From: a virus
Length of the DNA: 64,000 bases
Virus record (IMG/VR): IMGVR_UViG_3300030103_004816
Reading direction: 5' to 3' (one strand)
Below, in pieces: positions 48,706 through 59,429 of the stretch. Position 1 is the first letter of the stretch, and each line of letters opens with the position of its first letter. The notes below the pieces were generated by a model. The model saw only the letters and a program-made list of their open reading frames with translations, made no database searches and was not told the DNA's origin. The translations under genes and the position numbers were made by a program.

Positions 48706-49698
48706 TTATACGTTCCTCACTATTGCTGGTACTTCGAAATCAACGTCAATGGTTGCCTTAGATGAGTCAACTACTTTTACTCCTCTCACATCTAAGCCAG
48801 TTTCAGATTCAAACATACGTAGATTTCTCTGCTCACCTAGCCTATAATGCTTACTCATGTTTTTACCACCTTCAATCATCTCTTTCATTCTCTCATGACT
48901 CTTTATTCTCATCTTACCAGCTGTACTATGATCATCCCAATGCTGAGGTCTATATTTCGTCTCTGGAGTAGTATAGAGATGGTATATAGGATTGTTAGGG
49001 ATATGATATACATCAATATTATGAGTATAAAGCTTAAGAGCTATAGAGAGCTCATCTTCTTCAAAGTAATATTGATTGTCATAAGGTACTTTCTTTACAA
49101 ACTCAGAAGATCCAAAGATCATACCTCCGCTTACGAAATGTCCTCTTATAGGCTGAGTATCATCTGTTATCTGCATAGTTTGTCTGCAATAGAAGCCATC
49201 TACAAACGCATGACCTTTTATTATCTTAATAGTTGTAGTATTCTTAGTATATTTACTCTTGCTCTCATTAGTAAACCAATTAGGATAAGAAGAGAGAACT
49301 ATATCATGAGGCTTATGTGCTCCTACATAGCAATCGATCTTAGATTCACGGACGTTAAAATATGTTTGCAATAAATTATAATCCCAAGCTTTATCAAATA
49401 GTGTATGAGAGTCTATCTGGAAATAGAATGGCTCATCCATATATAATTGCTGGCATACTGCTCTTGCCCATGCACAACCTCTTGCACACTTTGCAGGCAT
49501 ATGGATATATCTTAGTTCAGCTTTATACATATCTGCTAGCTCTTGCAACCCATCCATTGGATTCTCTGATTGTTCTACTACTCCTAATACTAAGTTCTCT
49601 GGCTTTGAAGCTTTTGCCAATAGATCTTGTACAGTCTGATATAATAAACTATCTCTATAGCTTACTATCGATACAAATATTTTATTCTCTGTATGCAT
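48706..49698 (-). CDS. GT60-like UDP-GlcNAc:hydroxyproline/polypeptide GlcNAc transferase
   Basis: IFVSIVSYRD..A.G..WAR..Q.LY..E.F.FQIDSH..F...WD..VPYD..F..E..H.Y. Confidence 0.85.
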   Translation of the reverse strand: MHTENKIFVSIVSYRDSLLYQTVQDLLAKASKPENLVLGVVEQSENPMDGLQELADMYKAELRYIHMPAKCARGCAWARAVCQQLYMDEPFYFQIDSHTLFDKAWDYNLLQTYFNVRESKIDCYVGAHKPHDIVLSSYPNWFTNESKSKYTKNTTTIKIIKGHAFVDGFYCRQTMQITDDTQPIRGHFVSGGMIFGSSEFVKKVPYDNQYYFEEDELSIALKLYTHNIDVYHIPNNPIYHLYTTPETKYRPQHWDDHSTAGKMRIKSHERMKEMIEGGKNMSKHYRLGEQRNLRMFESETGLDVRGVKVVDSSKATIDVDFEVPAIVRNV

Positions 49699-50431
49699 CT
49701 ACATCCTCTGTTAATATATTATGTTGTGCTTTCCATCCTAATGACTCAAGTACAAAAGGATTAGCACAAGTATATGTTGCTTCTCCTTCTACTTCTTTAA
49801 ATGGGTATGGTCCTTTTCCATAGTACTCTACTACTTCTTCTACAGTACAAGGCTGACCTGAACCTACATCAATAGCTCCAGATATATCTTCTCCTTCTTC
49901 TAGAAGTAGCATTATAGCATCTGTTACATCATCTACATGAGTCCAATCTCTAGTATGATCAGTAACATACTTAATTCTATCTTTGAGTAGCTTATCAAAG
50001 AACATATCACCTCTTGAACCAGGTCCATACACAGTAAAGAATCGTAATCCTAATGAACCAGCAGGTGCAATCGCTTCCATAGCCTTCTTAGTCATGGAAT
50101 ATGGTGACTTCCACCATTGATAGATTGATGATGAGGAGGCATATAGTATCTTAGTATTGGGTCCCCACTCAGTCTCAAAGACTCTCTTGGATCCTTCTAC
50201 ATTTACTGACCAATATTCTTCTGGTTGTAGATGACTCTGCCTAACTCCTGCCATTGCTGCAAGATGAATAACAAAATCATAACCATAAGGCCATGCTTTA
50301 GGAGTTTCATTATTGATATCTCTAATATCACCTATATGCTTATCAACTTTATATCCAGCATCTAATAGTTTAGCTAGAAGATTAGATCCTATAAAACCAT
50401 CCCCTCCAGTAAGAAATACATTTTTACCCAT
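49682..50431 (-). CDS. NAD-dependent nucleotide-sugar epimerase/dehydratase
   Basis: TGGDGFIGS, HLAA, ASSSS, YSMTK, RFFTVYGP, RDWTHVDD. Confidence 0.92.
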   Translation of the reverse strand: MGKNVFLTGGDGFIGSNLLAKLLDAGYKVDKHIGDIRDINNETPKAWPYGYDFVIHLAAMAGVRQSHLQPEEYWSVNVEGSKRVFETEWGPNTKILYASSSSIYQWWKSPYSMTKKAMEAIAPAGSLGLRFFTVYGPGSRGDMFFDKLLKDRIKYVTDHTRDWTHVDDVTDAIMLLLEEGEDISGAIDVGSGQPCTVEEVVEYYGKGPYPFKEVEGEATYTCANPFVLESLGWKAQHNILTEDVDAYRE

Positions 50432-50708
50432 AAAGCTTCTCCATTAAATTATTAACTAGTAAAATTAAACCAACTCCATTTACTGTAATCAGAGCTCTAT
50501 CATTCCAGATGATTGATACAATCAACCATAATCCTATTCCTACTATTGATAGATAAAGATCGATATCAGAATTGATACCTCTATATGACATTGCTACTAA
50601 TACAAATACAGATGCTACCCATTTAAGATACCAATCTACTGTATACTTAGGAGTTGCTGATTTAAATATTCTTTTACTCTTTTCAATCTCTTCAATACTA
50701 AATTTCAT
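50424..50708 (-). CDS. Small membrane protein
   Basis: WYLKW..W..V...W.DRAL...N; three TM segments. Confidence 0.6.
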   Translation of the reverse strand: MKFSIEEIEKSKRIFKSATPKYTVDWYLKWVASVFVLVAMSYRGINSDIDLYLSIVGIGLWLIVSIIWNDRALITVNGVGLILLVNNLMEKLYG

Positions 50709-51111
50709 TATAAAACATCTCTAATAATTTATCTTCCATAAGGTATGCTTCTTTTTCCCAAGGAGTACCTCTATAGCTTACTCCTGAGTAGTTCAAACCT
50801 CTCCAAACTGGCTTACTAGGACTAACTTGTCCTTTTATATATTGTTTAGCGTGAACTAGCTCATGAGCTAAGGTTAAGCATATATCTCTTTCTGATACTT
50901 CTACTCCATCTATCTCTTTAGCTACGGTTATATCAGCTGAGTTTCTATCGCCTACGCATTCACCAGCGTTCTCTAAATCATCAGAGAACTCTATTGCTAT
51001 GAATATATCTCTTTTATATGGATATGGAAGTAAATGCATTATAACATCTTCAACAAACGTTACTATCTTTTTCTTATTTTTTATTCTTCCAAATACTTCA
51101 AAAGCAATCAT
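50698..51111 (-). CDS. HExxH metallopeptidase-like protein
   Basis: TLAHELVHAKQ..PWEKEA. Confidence 0.75.
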   Translation of the reverse strand: MIAFEVFGRIKNKKKIVTFVEDVIMHLLPYPYKRDIFIAIEFSDDLENAGECVGDRNSADITVAKEIDGVEVSERDICLTLAHELVHAKQYIKGQVSPSKPVWRGLNYSGVSYRGTPWEKEAYLMEDKLLEMFYNEI

Positions 51112-51788
51112 GATCCATATTCTTGTTTATATTGTGCTCTCCATTTCTGGAACTCACCTATCCATTTATCTCTATCTGTCTTAAATACTTGAGTTTCACC
51201 TGAACTACATGATATAATTATAACCAATTGAGTAATTGGTATTGAGGTATTCTCTTCAAACATTACAGCATAAGCTGCACTCTGCATAAAATATCCTGTA
51301 ACCCATTCTTCTTTCTTAGGAGCTTTAGAGGTCTTCCAGTCAATAATACTTAGCTTACCTTCATAATCAGCTATTAGATCGGCTGTACCAGCACATTCCA
51401 GATAATTTGACATCATCTGACCTTCTATAGCTCTTATATTATCTATTTTTTCGTCGGCTACATCTTTAAACCTAGTGAATAAGTCATATTCATTAGGCAT
51501 ATAGGTAGGAAGCTCATCGCTAACTAAATAGTGCTCTATTAGTTGATGAGCCTTTGTACCTTGTCTTGTTGCTTTAGTTGTTATTCTATTAGCTTCTTCT
51601 TCACCTACTCTAGCACGCCAAGCCTTTATACTCTCTCTAGACTTTAGCGACGTTATTGACGTCACTGACGGGTAGGCTGGGGCGGTATCGTCTTCGCTTA
51701 GCCTGTAATGCCTTTTCCCATTTATAGTAACGCGCTTGAGCGGAGGAAACTCCGTTGGTACCATCTTGAATGTCTTCTGATCTAACAT
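51108..51788 (-). CDS. PD-(D/E)xK exonuclease
   Basis: YPSVT..W..RVG..GT..H..E..AGTAD..IIDWKTS..Q..AYA. Confidence 0.88.
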   Translation of the reverse strand: MLDQKTFKMVPTEFPPLKRVTINGKRHYRLSEDDTAPAYPSVTSITSLKSRESIKAWRARVGEEEANRITTKATRQGTKAHQLIEHYLVSDELPTYMPNEYDLFTRFKDVADEKIDNIRAIEGQMMSNYLECAGTADLIADYEGKLSIIDWKTSKAPKKEEWVTGYFMQSAAYAVMFEENTSIPITQLVIIISCSSGETQVFKTDRDKWIGEFQKWRAQYKQEYGS

Positions 51789-52497
51789 ATTCTCTCGCTA
51801 TAATATACTCTTTTACAAATCCAGATCTAACTATGTCTTCCTTTCTGAATTGTATCATTGACAGAGATTTCATCTTAGTAAATATCTCTGCTGTCATTTT
51901 AAAACCAGACTCTTCTTTCCATAGATCTGATTGTCTTAGATCACCACATACAATTAACTTTGAGTTATTACCTAACCTAGTTATAATAGAATGCATCTCA
52001 TGATCACTCATATTCTGGCATTCGTCAACAATTACTATACAATTATCTAACGTTATACCTCTAATAAAAGATGTAGTCATAAATTCAACTGTCATCTTTT
52101 GCTTTAGTATTTGATAAGCATCTCCTCTATTGAAAAGCTTACCAAACGCCTCATTATAAGGCTCTTCGAAAACAGAGGTCTTATCTTCTAGTTTACCTGG
52201 AAGATGACCTACGTCACGTCCTGCTACTGCCGATCTACAGATAACTAACTTATTATATCGATCGTTATCTAATATATCTTTAATAGCTAGATAGCATGAT
52301 AGGAATGTCTTTCCTGTTCCTGCATATCCATATAAAAATAAATGTTGTCCTTTATCGTACTCATCGAATACTTCATCCTGAGTATCTGTAAGGGGATTTA
52401 CTTCTTTTGGTGAGAATTTGCTCGTGAAGTTTGCTTGCTGGTCTAACACGTCCTGCATAGCTAATCTTCTTTTCTGTTTTCTTGTAAGTTTTGGCAT
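51637..52497 (-). CDS. phoH: PhoH-like ATPase
   Basis: GYAGTGKT, G.LPG, F.RG.T, DECQN, TRLG, GD..QSD, DIVRS. Confidence 0.93.
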   Translation of the reverse strand: MPKLTRKQKRRLAMQDVLDQQANFTSKFSPKEVNPLTDTQDEVFDEYDKGQHLFLYGYAGTGKTFLSCYLAIKDILDNDRYNKLVICRSAVAGRDVGHLPGKLEDKTSVFEEPYNEAFGKLFNRGDAYQILKQKMTVEFMTTSFIRGITLDNCIVIVDECQNMSDHEMHSIITRLGNNSKLIVCGDLRQSDLWKEESGFKMTAEIFTKMKSLSMIQFRKEDIVRSGFVKEYIIAREYVRSEDIQDGTNGVSSAQARYYKWEKALQAKRRRYRPSLPVSDVNNVAKV

Positions 52498-52515
52498 ATG
52501 TATCCTTATATGACA

Positions 52516-52833
52516 TTACTCTCTACCTCTCCTGTATCCATATTTTTGAGCTATCTTATCGACAGCTACTCGTTTACTGCTTCTATTGTTAAATTTTTTA
52601 TCTACATCTGAGCCTGGGTTAGCATCACCTATTCGTTTCATCATATCATTGAACCCTGAATCGTTTTTAGTAGTACCAAGAGACACAGTATTATATCCCA
52701 AAGCAGGGGCTTCTGTAATGGTTGATTCAAGTTGTGGGTTAGTTTTTAGATATTCTTCTTTTGCAGAATAAGATTTAAGGAACAGATCATGGATCTCTCC
52801 TGTCTCCTTATTCTTAAATGAATAAGTAGGCAT
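52516..52833 (-). CDS. FmdB-like regulatory protein (no Cys)
   Basis: MPTY.F.N..TGE N-terminus; common upstream of phoH in T4-like phages. Confidence 0.6.
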   Translation of the reverse strand: MPTYSFKNKETGEIHDLFLKSYSAKEEYLKTNPQLESTITEAPALGYNTVSLGTTKNDSGFNDMMKRIGDANPGSDVDKKFNNRSSKRVAVDKIAQKYGYRRGRE

Positions 52834-52863
52834 TAGTTTATACCTCTCATAGTATTATTTAGC

Positions 52864-53451
52864 TTAATCAATTATCATCTCGTATACTTCTTTCCAATTC
52901 TTTACTCGAGTGACATCAGGATGACTGAAGTCTCTATTGTATGGATGATCAATTAGAATAGACTGTAATCCCATCTCAGCTCCTAGTACAGCATTCTCTG
53001 GTTTATCTTCTACCCATAGACGTCCTGAGTCTCTCCACTCTTCTAATGCTTCATCTTTATCTTCACCAGTATCTAAACATACAATCCTATCTATAGCATC
53101 ACCATAGACCTTTCTTAAATTATATTTTCTTAGCTTTTGTGTCTCAGGATCTAATGAAAGAGATGTTACTACATCAAAGGTAACACCATGCTCTTCATAA
53201 ATCTTCTTTACATATTTAACTGAATCACGTAGAGGCTTTAAGCTAGCTATCCTACTAGAGTTACAAAAGATTCTAGGTACATAGAACTTACTACCTTTCT
53301 GTAAGTTAGGATCATCTGTATTATATCTCTTAGCTATATCATATTCAGTATCATCTACTATAGACATATCAAAGTGAAACTTCATCCATTTCTCGAAGGA
53401 GTATGCCCAGTCGAGCAATACTCCATCACAATCAGTTAATATTTTTTTCAT
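52864..53451 (-). CDS. HAD 5'-nucleotidase-like protein
   Basis: TDCDGVLLDW..VTS..K..WVEDK..N..G..HPYN. Confidence 0.82.
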   Translation of the reverse strand: MKKILTDCDGVLLDWAYSFEKWMKFHFDMSIVDDTEYDIAKRYNTDDPNLQKGSKFYVPRIFCNSSRIASLKPLRDSVKYVKKIYEEHGVTFDVVTSLSLDPETQKLRKYNLRKVYGDAIDRIVCLDTGEDKDEALEEWRDSGRLWVEDKPENAVLGAEMGLQSILIDHPYNRDFSHPDVTRVKNWKEVYEMIID

Positions 53452-53960
53452 ATACCTAACTCTTCTCTTAGTTTAGGATCGTTCTGATCAAACCATCCGT
53501 TAGCAGTCTTATATTGACATTGATATTCATTTCTAGTATTCTCAAGACCTAAAGTCCATTGCTCAGCTTTCGCTCTAATACCTTCTCTAGTAGGTAAAGG
53601 ATACTCTTCAGTACCATAATGAAGAGTTCTAGCTTTCCATTCGTTAGTACTAAAGTCATACCATAACTCTACAGGAGTTTCCCAAGGCTGACATACTGGG
53701 TCACCTTGATGACCATCTTCTCTGATTTCATAATCAAGAACATACTCTTCAGAAGCAGGATTACTATAAGTAATAAGCTTCTCGATATTTTTAATACCAT
53801 CCTTAGCTATCGCATTGATATTCTTCTCAGTAAGATCATGCACTAGGTAAGTAGTACCGCCTTTAAACTTCCAATGAGGTTCATCTACACCATGTTCATA
53901 ACCTTCGTTATGAGCTGCATAATTTTCTCTATATTGGGTTTGAATTACTAATGTTGTCAT
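53448..53960 (-). CDS. Hypothetical protein
   Basis: TQYRENY..WKFKGG; RBS and TATAAT upstream. Confidence 0.6.
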   Translation of the reverse strand: MTTLVIQTQYRENYAAHNEGYEHGVDEPHWKFKGGTTYLVHDLTEKNINAIAKDGIKNIEKLITYSNPASEEYVLDYEIREDGHQGDPVCQPWETPVELWYDFSTNEWKARTLHYGTEEYPLPTREGIRAKAEQWTLGLENTRNEYQCQYKTANGWFDQNDPKLREELGI

Positions 53961-54012
53961 ATTTATTCTCCTTATTAATTAAATATAACTATATTATAAC
54001 CCAATATTATAA

Positions 54013-54822
54013 TTATTGCAACCTTTTATACTCTAAATTTACCCACATTTCTTCATGCTTTTCTTTGTCAGTCCAGGTAAAGTCCTGCTTATCATGAGGA
54101 CATCTATAACCATATCCTTTGTCTTCTAACTCAATCATAAGATTATGAAAGCGTTTTACTTCATCCATTCTTTTCTTTTCATCAGGATCAACTACATCTT
54201 GCTCTAGTCTATGGAACCAGAAGAAGTCAGCATAGTTATAAGGCTTATTATATCTTAGAAGAGAGTAATCATTACCATGATAACCTACAAAGGCTTGATC
54301 ATAACCTCCTCTCTTTAGATACTCTGTTCTAGTTATTAAATAAGAGTTACGTCCTACTTTAGGACCAAAGTTACCTGGAAAGTACATGTACTCTTTCTCT
54401 AAGAATACTATGTTACTACTTATTGATTGTAAGCATCTAGCTGATATAACCCAGTCAGAATCTAGCATTAGATTCCATTCGTTAGTACTATCTTGTATTA
54501 AACAGTTACGAGCACCTTCATTATTCCATCCATGGTCTTTATCTATTCTTAGAACAGTCCACCAATGAGGTACTTCCATATCAGTAATAGGCTTATCTTG
54601 AGAGCCATCATCAATGATAGTATAATCGAATAGCTCTCCGCCTGGATCAATTTTGCTATACCAATCAAATATTCTCTGAGTTATTTCAGGACTATTATAA
54701 TAGGTATAGTTTATTCTTAATTTAGTTTCGTGTATAGGATTAAACCATCCTTTAAGTAAATTAGAATGGTTCTTTATGCCAGTATACTCGTCAAAGTATT
54801 CTTTCTGGTCTTGTTCCTTCAT
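54013..54822 (-). CDS. GT2-like glycosyltransferase (paralog of 38803-39609)
   Basis: INYTYYN..IDDGS..GWNNEGARN..DSD..GGYD..G.D. Confidence 0.78.
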   Translation of the reverse strand: MKEQDQKEYFDEYTGIKNHSNLLKGWFNPIHETKLRINYTYYNSPEITQRIFDWYSKIDPGGELFDYTIIDDGSQDKPITDMEVPHWWTVLRIDKDHGWNNEGARNCLIQDSTNEWNLMLDSDWVISARCLQSISSNIVFLEKEYMYFPGNFGPKVGRNSYLITRTEYLKRGGYDQAFVGYHGNDYSLLRYNKPYNYADFFWFHRLEQDVVDPDEKKRMDEVKRFHNLMIELEDKGYGYRCPHDKQDFTWTDKEKHEEMWVNLEYKRLQ

Positions 54823-55241
54823 TACTCAGGCAATATAGATGGGAATGCTTTTTTAGCGATTGTTTTAGTAATACCTTTAACTGGGTTCTTTTTCTGTATC
54901 ATGTTAAGAAGTATTTTTGAATCACTAGGATGAATAGACTCTAACATCTCTATGAATAGCATCTCTCTTTGTGATTGACTCTTTACATCTCTTCCACCTT
55001 CGATAAAGATATCAAGCTTTTTAGCCATATTTAAGAGTCTGGTCTCGACTTGAGAACCATCTGTTTCGCTATAAGGGGGGACTGAGTCTGGTAATAGAAA
55101 TTTTACGTTTGGATGATAACATCCTTGAAGTATAGTTCTAAGAGCAAAGCTATCATGCTGTTGTAAGAATGCTACCTTTTTAGGAGTAGTTCCTTGCTTG
55201 ACTGCTTCTTCTAATACTTCAAATAGTCCTAAAGTTTTCAT
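54822..55241 (-). CDS. Conserved T4-like hypothetical protein
   Basis: LP..PPY..RE.LFI.MLE.IHP; usual neighbour of rnh. Confidence 0.65.
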   Translation of the reverse strand: MKTLGLFEVLEEAVKQGTTPKKVAFLQQHDSFALRTILQGCYHPNVKFLLPDSVPPYSETDGSQVETRLLNMAKKLDIFIEGGRDVKSQSQREMLFIEMLESIHPSDSKILLNMIQKKNPVKGITKTIAKKAFPSILPE

Positions 55242-55243
55242 AA

Positions 55244-56098
55244 TTAAAATTCTCCGATGTGTTGCATAAGACCTTTCAATCTTTTATCAACAAAATAATT
55301 AAATAAGTTATCTCTCGAGTTAGCAGGCTTTTCAAACTGCTCTAATATATTTAGCTGTATGTCAGGAGGTGTTTGAGTAAGATCAACTAGCTGCTTATTA
55401 CGCATATAGTTTCTCTTTACATCTTCATCTGGTAGTTCTGGATTATCATTTAGTCCTACCTTAGCTATGAATGTTTTACGTAATGGTTTTTGTCTACCAT
55501 TTATAAAGCAATCATCTTTAGATAGTACATTAGGTATTCCATCACCTCTATCACCTCTTAGTATATGCTCAGCTAAAAACTCTACTGGATTACTATGCTT
55601 GATCCATTTCTTTCTTACTGGATCATATTGACTCACATTAGCATAAACATGTAATTGAATAAAGTCTTTATCACCAGAGAGTATTAGTATAGGCTCTCCA
55701 GTATTAAGCTCTCTACCATGATTATGACATAGAGTACCAATTACATCATCAGCTTCTGCTCCATGGACATGAATATACTTATAAGGAAATACTTCTCTTA
55801 GCTCATCTTTTATAGCATTTAAGCTACCCCAGATCTGATTCCAATCCATACCAGATTGATCTCTCCAGGCTTTTCTATGAGCTTTGTAATAAGGGAATAT
55901 ATCTCTACGCCAATAATGTTTATCATCACTTGCAATAATAAAGTCGCCATACTTATCACCGAACTTGGTTATATAGCCTCGTATAGCATTAAGTACCATA
56001 TGGCGTAAAAGGTCTTCTTTAACTTCTACATCCTTCTGACCACCTATCTGTGCCATAAGGTTAGAAATCATCGTCTGGTTTAAATCACATATAATCAT
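55244..56098 (-). CDS. rnh: T4-type RNase H (5'-3' exonuclease)
   Basis: D.NQ..RHMVLN..YWRR..FP.YK..EADD.I..SGDKDF.QL..GD.GDGIPN. Confidence 0.95.
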   Translation of the reverse strand: MIICDLNQTMISNLMAQIGGQKDVEVKEDLLRHMVLNAIRGYITKFGDKYGDFIIASDDKHYWRRDIFPYYKAHRKAWRDQSGMDWNQIWGSLNAIKDELREVFPYKYIHVHGAEADDVIGTLCHNHGRELNTGEPILILSGDKDFIQLHVYANVSQYDPVRKKWIKHSNPVEFLAEHILRGDRGDGIPNVLSKDDCFINGRQKPLRKTFIAKVGLNDNPELPDEDVKRNYMRNKQLVDLTQTPPDIQLNILEQFEKPANSRDNLFNYFVDKRLKGLMQHIGEF

Positions 56099-56138
56099 AA
56101 CTATCTTATATTATAGTATCTTTCTAAGAAGAAATCAA

Positions 56139-57545
56139 CTATTCAAATTTTATATCTGTTAGCTTATCTAAGTCTAACTCGTTTGCTGTATTTTGTAATG
56201 GGTGCTCAAGAGCATACATTCTTAATAAACAAGACTTTATTGCTTCATGAATAAGAACCATATCTTTTTGATGATTCTCTCCAAGAGCTCTAGCTGCTAT
56301 TGGATTAACATCTAGCTTATTGAATACACCTATTGACATATCTAAAGCTAAATCTATACAATAGTTTCTAGTCTGCTCTTCTTCTGACTCCATGAAAGGT
56401 TGCAGTGTCTCTGGATCTATACCAGGGAATGGAATTATCTTTGCCATTTTTTCTCCATGTATAGCCATATTTATGCTATCATGCTTCCTTATCTATGTCC
56501 CATCTAATTATATTTTTACCTTTCAGAGATGGTCTTTGTAACCAGAACTTCCAGGACTCTTGTTGCTCTCTCCATTTATATAACCAGGGAGCATTATCTC
56601 TCTCAGCGTCTAAGAAGATAGCATTAGTCATAAACAATGGAATGAGTACAGCAAAGTGAACTATTATAGATGTAATTATATTGTAACCTAACCATCCCAT
56701 ATAGAATGTAGCTACTAATCCAAAGTATACTGACCATAAGGTAAACAATACCATTGTAAAGTACATTTGTAGTGAAGGGTCTGGAATATATCTTAATGGA
56801 TTGAATCTATTATCCATTACTACTCTCCAGCAATCAACTACCCATAAAATTAAACGTCTATGTATTGGTGGTTTCTTCATGTTTCTCTTTTCCTTTCATA
56901 AATTGTTTATTAGCTTGACGTTGAAATGACTTCTCTATTTGCCTATCAAACCAATCTCTAAACCATTGTCTTAATTTACCCATTTTCTTATCCAGTTTTT
57001 AAGCCATGCTATGCTAAGATATCTAAACTCTATCATTCTTTTTTCTTCTTCTTCTTATCGTTTCTTCCAGCATGTGGGTATGGCTTAAGCTTATAAGCAG
57101 CTCTTTCCATATCATCATCCTCAATAGTCCATTCCTTTCTAACATCTGGATACCAAACACCTATTGTTCTTTTAGGCATGCCAGATGGATGATAAGCCAT
57201 CGAAATACATTTAAACTTAGTCTTTGATTCCATATTAGCACCTTGAAAGTTACTAACATAGCTACCAGTTCGTAAGTATGATTCTAGTTGAGACTTGTAG
57301 CCTTGAAATTGAGCAATCTTAGCAGGTGCTTTTTTGTCACCCCCTTTCCAAGCAGTCCTATATGCTGAGATTTGACTCTGTACTTCTTTAATCCAGCCCC
57401 TTACAGTCTTTAAACTAAGAGGGTCATCTTCTGGTAAGTCTACTACATGCTTACTATACATCGAGTATTTCGGCGGCCCGGCTTTAGCAGCTTTTGCTTC
57501 TCTAGCCTTTTCTAATCTTTCGATCAATACTTGTTTATCTGTCAT
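56139..57545 (-). CDS. Three hypothetical genes (56139-56468; 56479-56880 membrane; 57033-57545)
   Basis: ORF track; co-oriented with their neighbours. Confidence 0.55.
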
Positions 57546-57738
57546 TATTATAACCTCCTATATTATCAATAATGCTATCCATACTATCATTAACAATACT
57601 AAAGCAGGAAATATCTTCTTAAGAAGCCATAACGCAAATAAGAAAGTATTATAGGCTATATAAACTATGCCTCCTAAAAATAATATAGTTAATAAAATTT
57701 CTATCATAACTACATTATATGAACTAATGAGTCAGAAA

Positions 57739-58773
57739 TCAACTCTTACGATCTAACAGTGACTCTAATAATCCAATCCATTCTACTTTTCTAGTAGCCC
57801 AACTATAGAAACTATCAGCATAAACCTTCTGCATATGTAGACGTTGATCTAACATAGCTTTCTTCTCTGGCTTACTGAATAATTCAATAGCTTCAATTAA
57901 ACATTGTCCGAAAGCATTAGCATGTGCTTGAGGGTCCTCATTAAACTGATACATATAGGTCCAGTTAGCTGCTGTCTCAGGTAAAGCACCTAAATTACTA
58001 TGTACACACATAGTACCAGCTGACATTGCTTCCATCATAGCTATACAAGATGTCTCTTGCCATATAGAAGGATAAGCAAATATATGAGCTTTCTTGAGAG
58101 CTTCTCTTACTTCTGAGTTAGGTTTAAATCCATGATAAGTCATATTATCACTCTCTTCTATAGCTTCAAATAAAGGCTCATATGGCTTATTTCTTTCTTT
58201 CCATTGAGGTCCATAAATGTCAAATGAGCTATAAACATGAAGATGAATATTATCATACATCTTAGCTATTTGCTCAAAGACAGGTACTAATATCTCTAAA
58301 CCTCTATGAGGAGTAGTATGATATATTAAGTTTATACCATCTTTAGGATCAGGCTTCTCATGAGCTTCGATAGGTTCTATAGCATTCTTAAGCACTACTG
58401 ACTTACCATAAGGAACACCTAAAAAGTTAGCATATTGTTGCATTTGCCATTGTGATACGCATACAATCTTATCAAACTTGTCTTGATTCTCAGGTTCTTT
58501 TAAATGAGCTGATTCAGGGTCTAATGGAAGATCATGTAACCATAATACTTTTTTCTTATCTTCATCTAGCTCTCTTACTCTGGAGCATATAATTTGAAAC
58601 TTATCAAGCAGCACTTTTGGTAATCTTTCATGCAGACCATATTTCATCTGCTCTGTACCTCCTTGTGCGTCTTTATCTACTTCATTAGATTCTATAGCAG
58701 CACCATCTAGTCCTACTATCTTAGCCTCTTTTTTCATAGGAGCTCCATCAGAGCCAACAATTTTTAAATCCAT
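57739..58773 (-). CDS. GT-B (GT4-like) glycosyltransferase
   Basis: GGTE..WLHD..VSQW..P.RGL..YPS...ETSCI..EAM.AG..GAL.ET. Confidence 0.88.
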   Translation of the reverse strand: MDLKIVGSDGAPMKKEAKIVGLDGAAIESNEVDKDAQGGTEQMKYGLHERLPKVLLDKFQIICSRVRELDEDKKKVLWLHDLPLDPESAHLKEPENQDKFDKIVCVSQWQMQQYANFLGVPYGKSVVLKNAIEPIEAHEKPDPKDGINLIYHTTPHRGLEILVPVFEQIAKMYDNIHLHVYSSFDIYGPQWKERNKPYEPLFEAIEESDNMTYHGFKPNSEVREALKKAHIFAYPSIWQETSCIAMMEAMSAGTMCVHSNLGALPETAANWTYMYQFNEDPQAHANAFGQCLIEAIELFSKPEKKAMLDQRLHMQKVYADSFYSWATRKVEWIGLLESLLDRKS

Positions 58774-58774
58774 A

Positions 58775-58999
58775 TTAATTCCCGTTCAATCTAGCATTTA
58801 GATTATCATAACCACCAATAGCTTCTCCATCTACTCTTATCTGAGGAAAAGTTCTTGCACCAGGGAATTGTTCAAATAACTCTTCTCTAGTAAAGTCAGC
58901 ATCTAATTGCTTATATACATATTCTAAATTTTTCTGCTCGCACAGACTTTTTGCTTTGTCACAATAAGGACAGTTTGGTTTACCATATATTTCAATCAT
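58775..58999 (-). CDS. nrdC: Glutaredoxin
   Basis: CPYC, TFPQI, IGGY. Confidence 0.93.
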   Translation of the reverse strand: MIEIYGKPNCPYCDKAKSLCEQKNLEYVYKQLDADFTREELFEQFPGARTFPQIRVDGEAIGGYDNLNARLNGN

Positions 59000-59429
59000 T
59001 TTTACTCCATAATGTTTCTATAATAAATTTTTCTTCTTCTATATCTTCATCTAAAAAGATGCAGTTTTCAAAGTTTTGCATAGCAAAGTTTACAGTTCCT
59101 CTTAATCTATTAGTCTTAGGTAAGTCTTTAACAAATAAAATACTATTGAAGTTATTCATTACAGCCTCAGCTATTATATTCAAAGAGAGAAAACTAACTA
59201 CTACAACGTCATAATTAGCGTAAATATTCTCTTTAAAGCTATCAGCTAAATTATATCCAGGTCCATCTGATACTAGTTGATCATACATAGGATAATCATA
59301 CTTATGTAATAGATTATAAGCTTTTTCGTAATCTTGTACTGCGAATGATTTATTATACTTCTTAGATAGCTCTTCAGCTAAAGGTATAATAGGTGAATTT
59401 TGATATGTACTAATAATAATTTTATTCAT
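58992..59429 (-). CDS. Hypothetical protein
   Basis: Packed ORF. Confidence 0.5.
   Translation of the reverse strand: MNKIIISTYQNSPIIPLAEELSKKYNKSFAVQDYEKAYNLLHKYDYPMYDQLVSDGPGYNLADSFKENIYANYDVVVVSFLSLNIIAEAVMNNFNSILFVKDLPKTNRLRGTVNFAMQNFENCIFLDEDIEEEKFIIETLWSKND

Noticed and set aside
51637-51788. 152-nt overlap of the PhoH C-terminal tail with the exonuclease
   Set aside because: Most simply a lost stop codon giving a non-conserved tail; the PhoH domain ends before the overlap.
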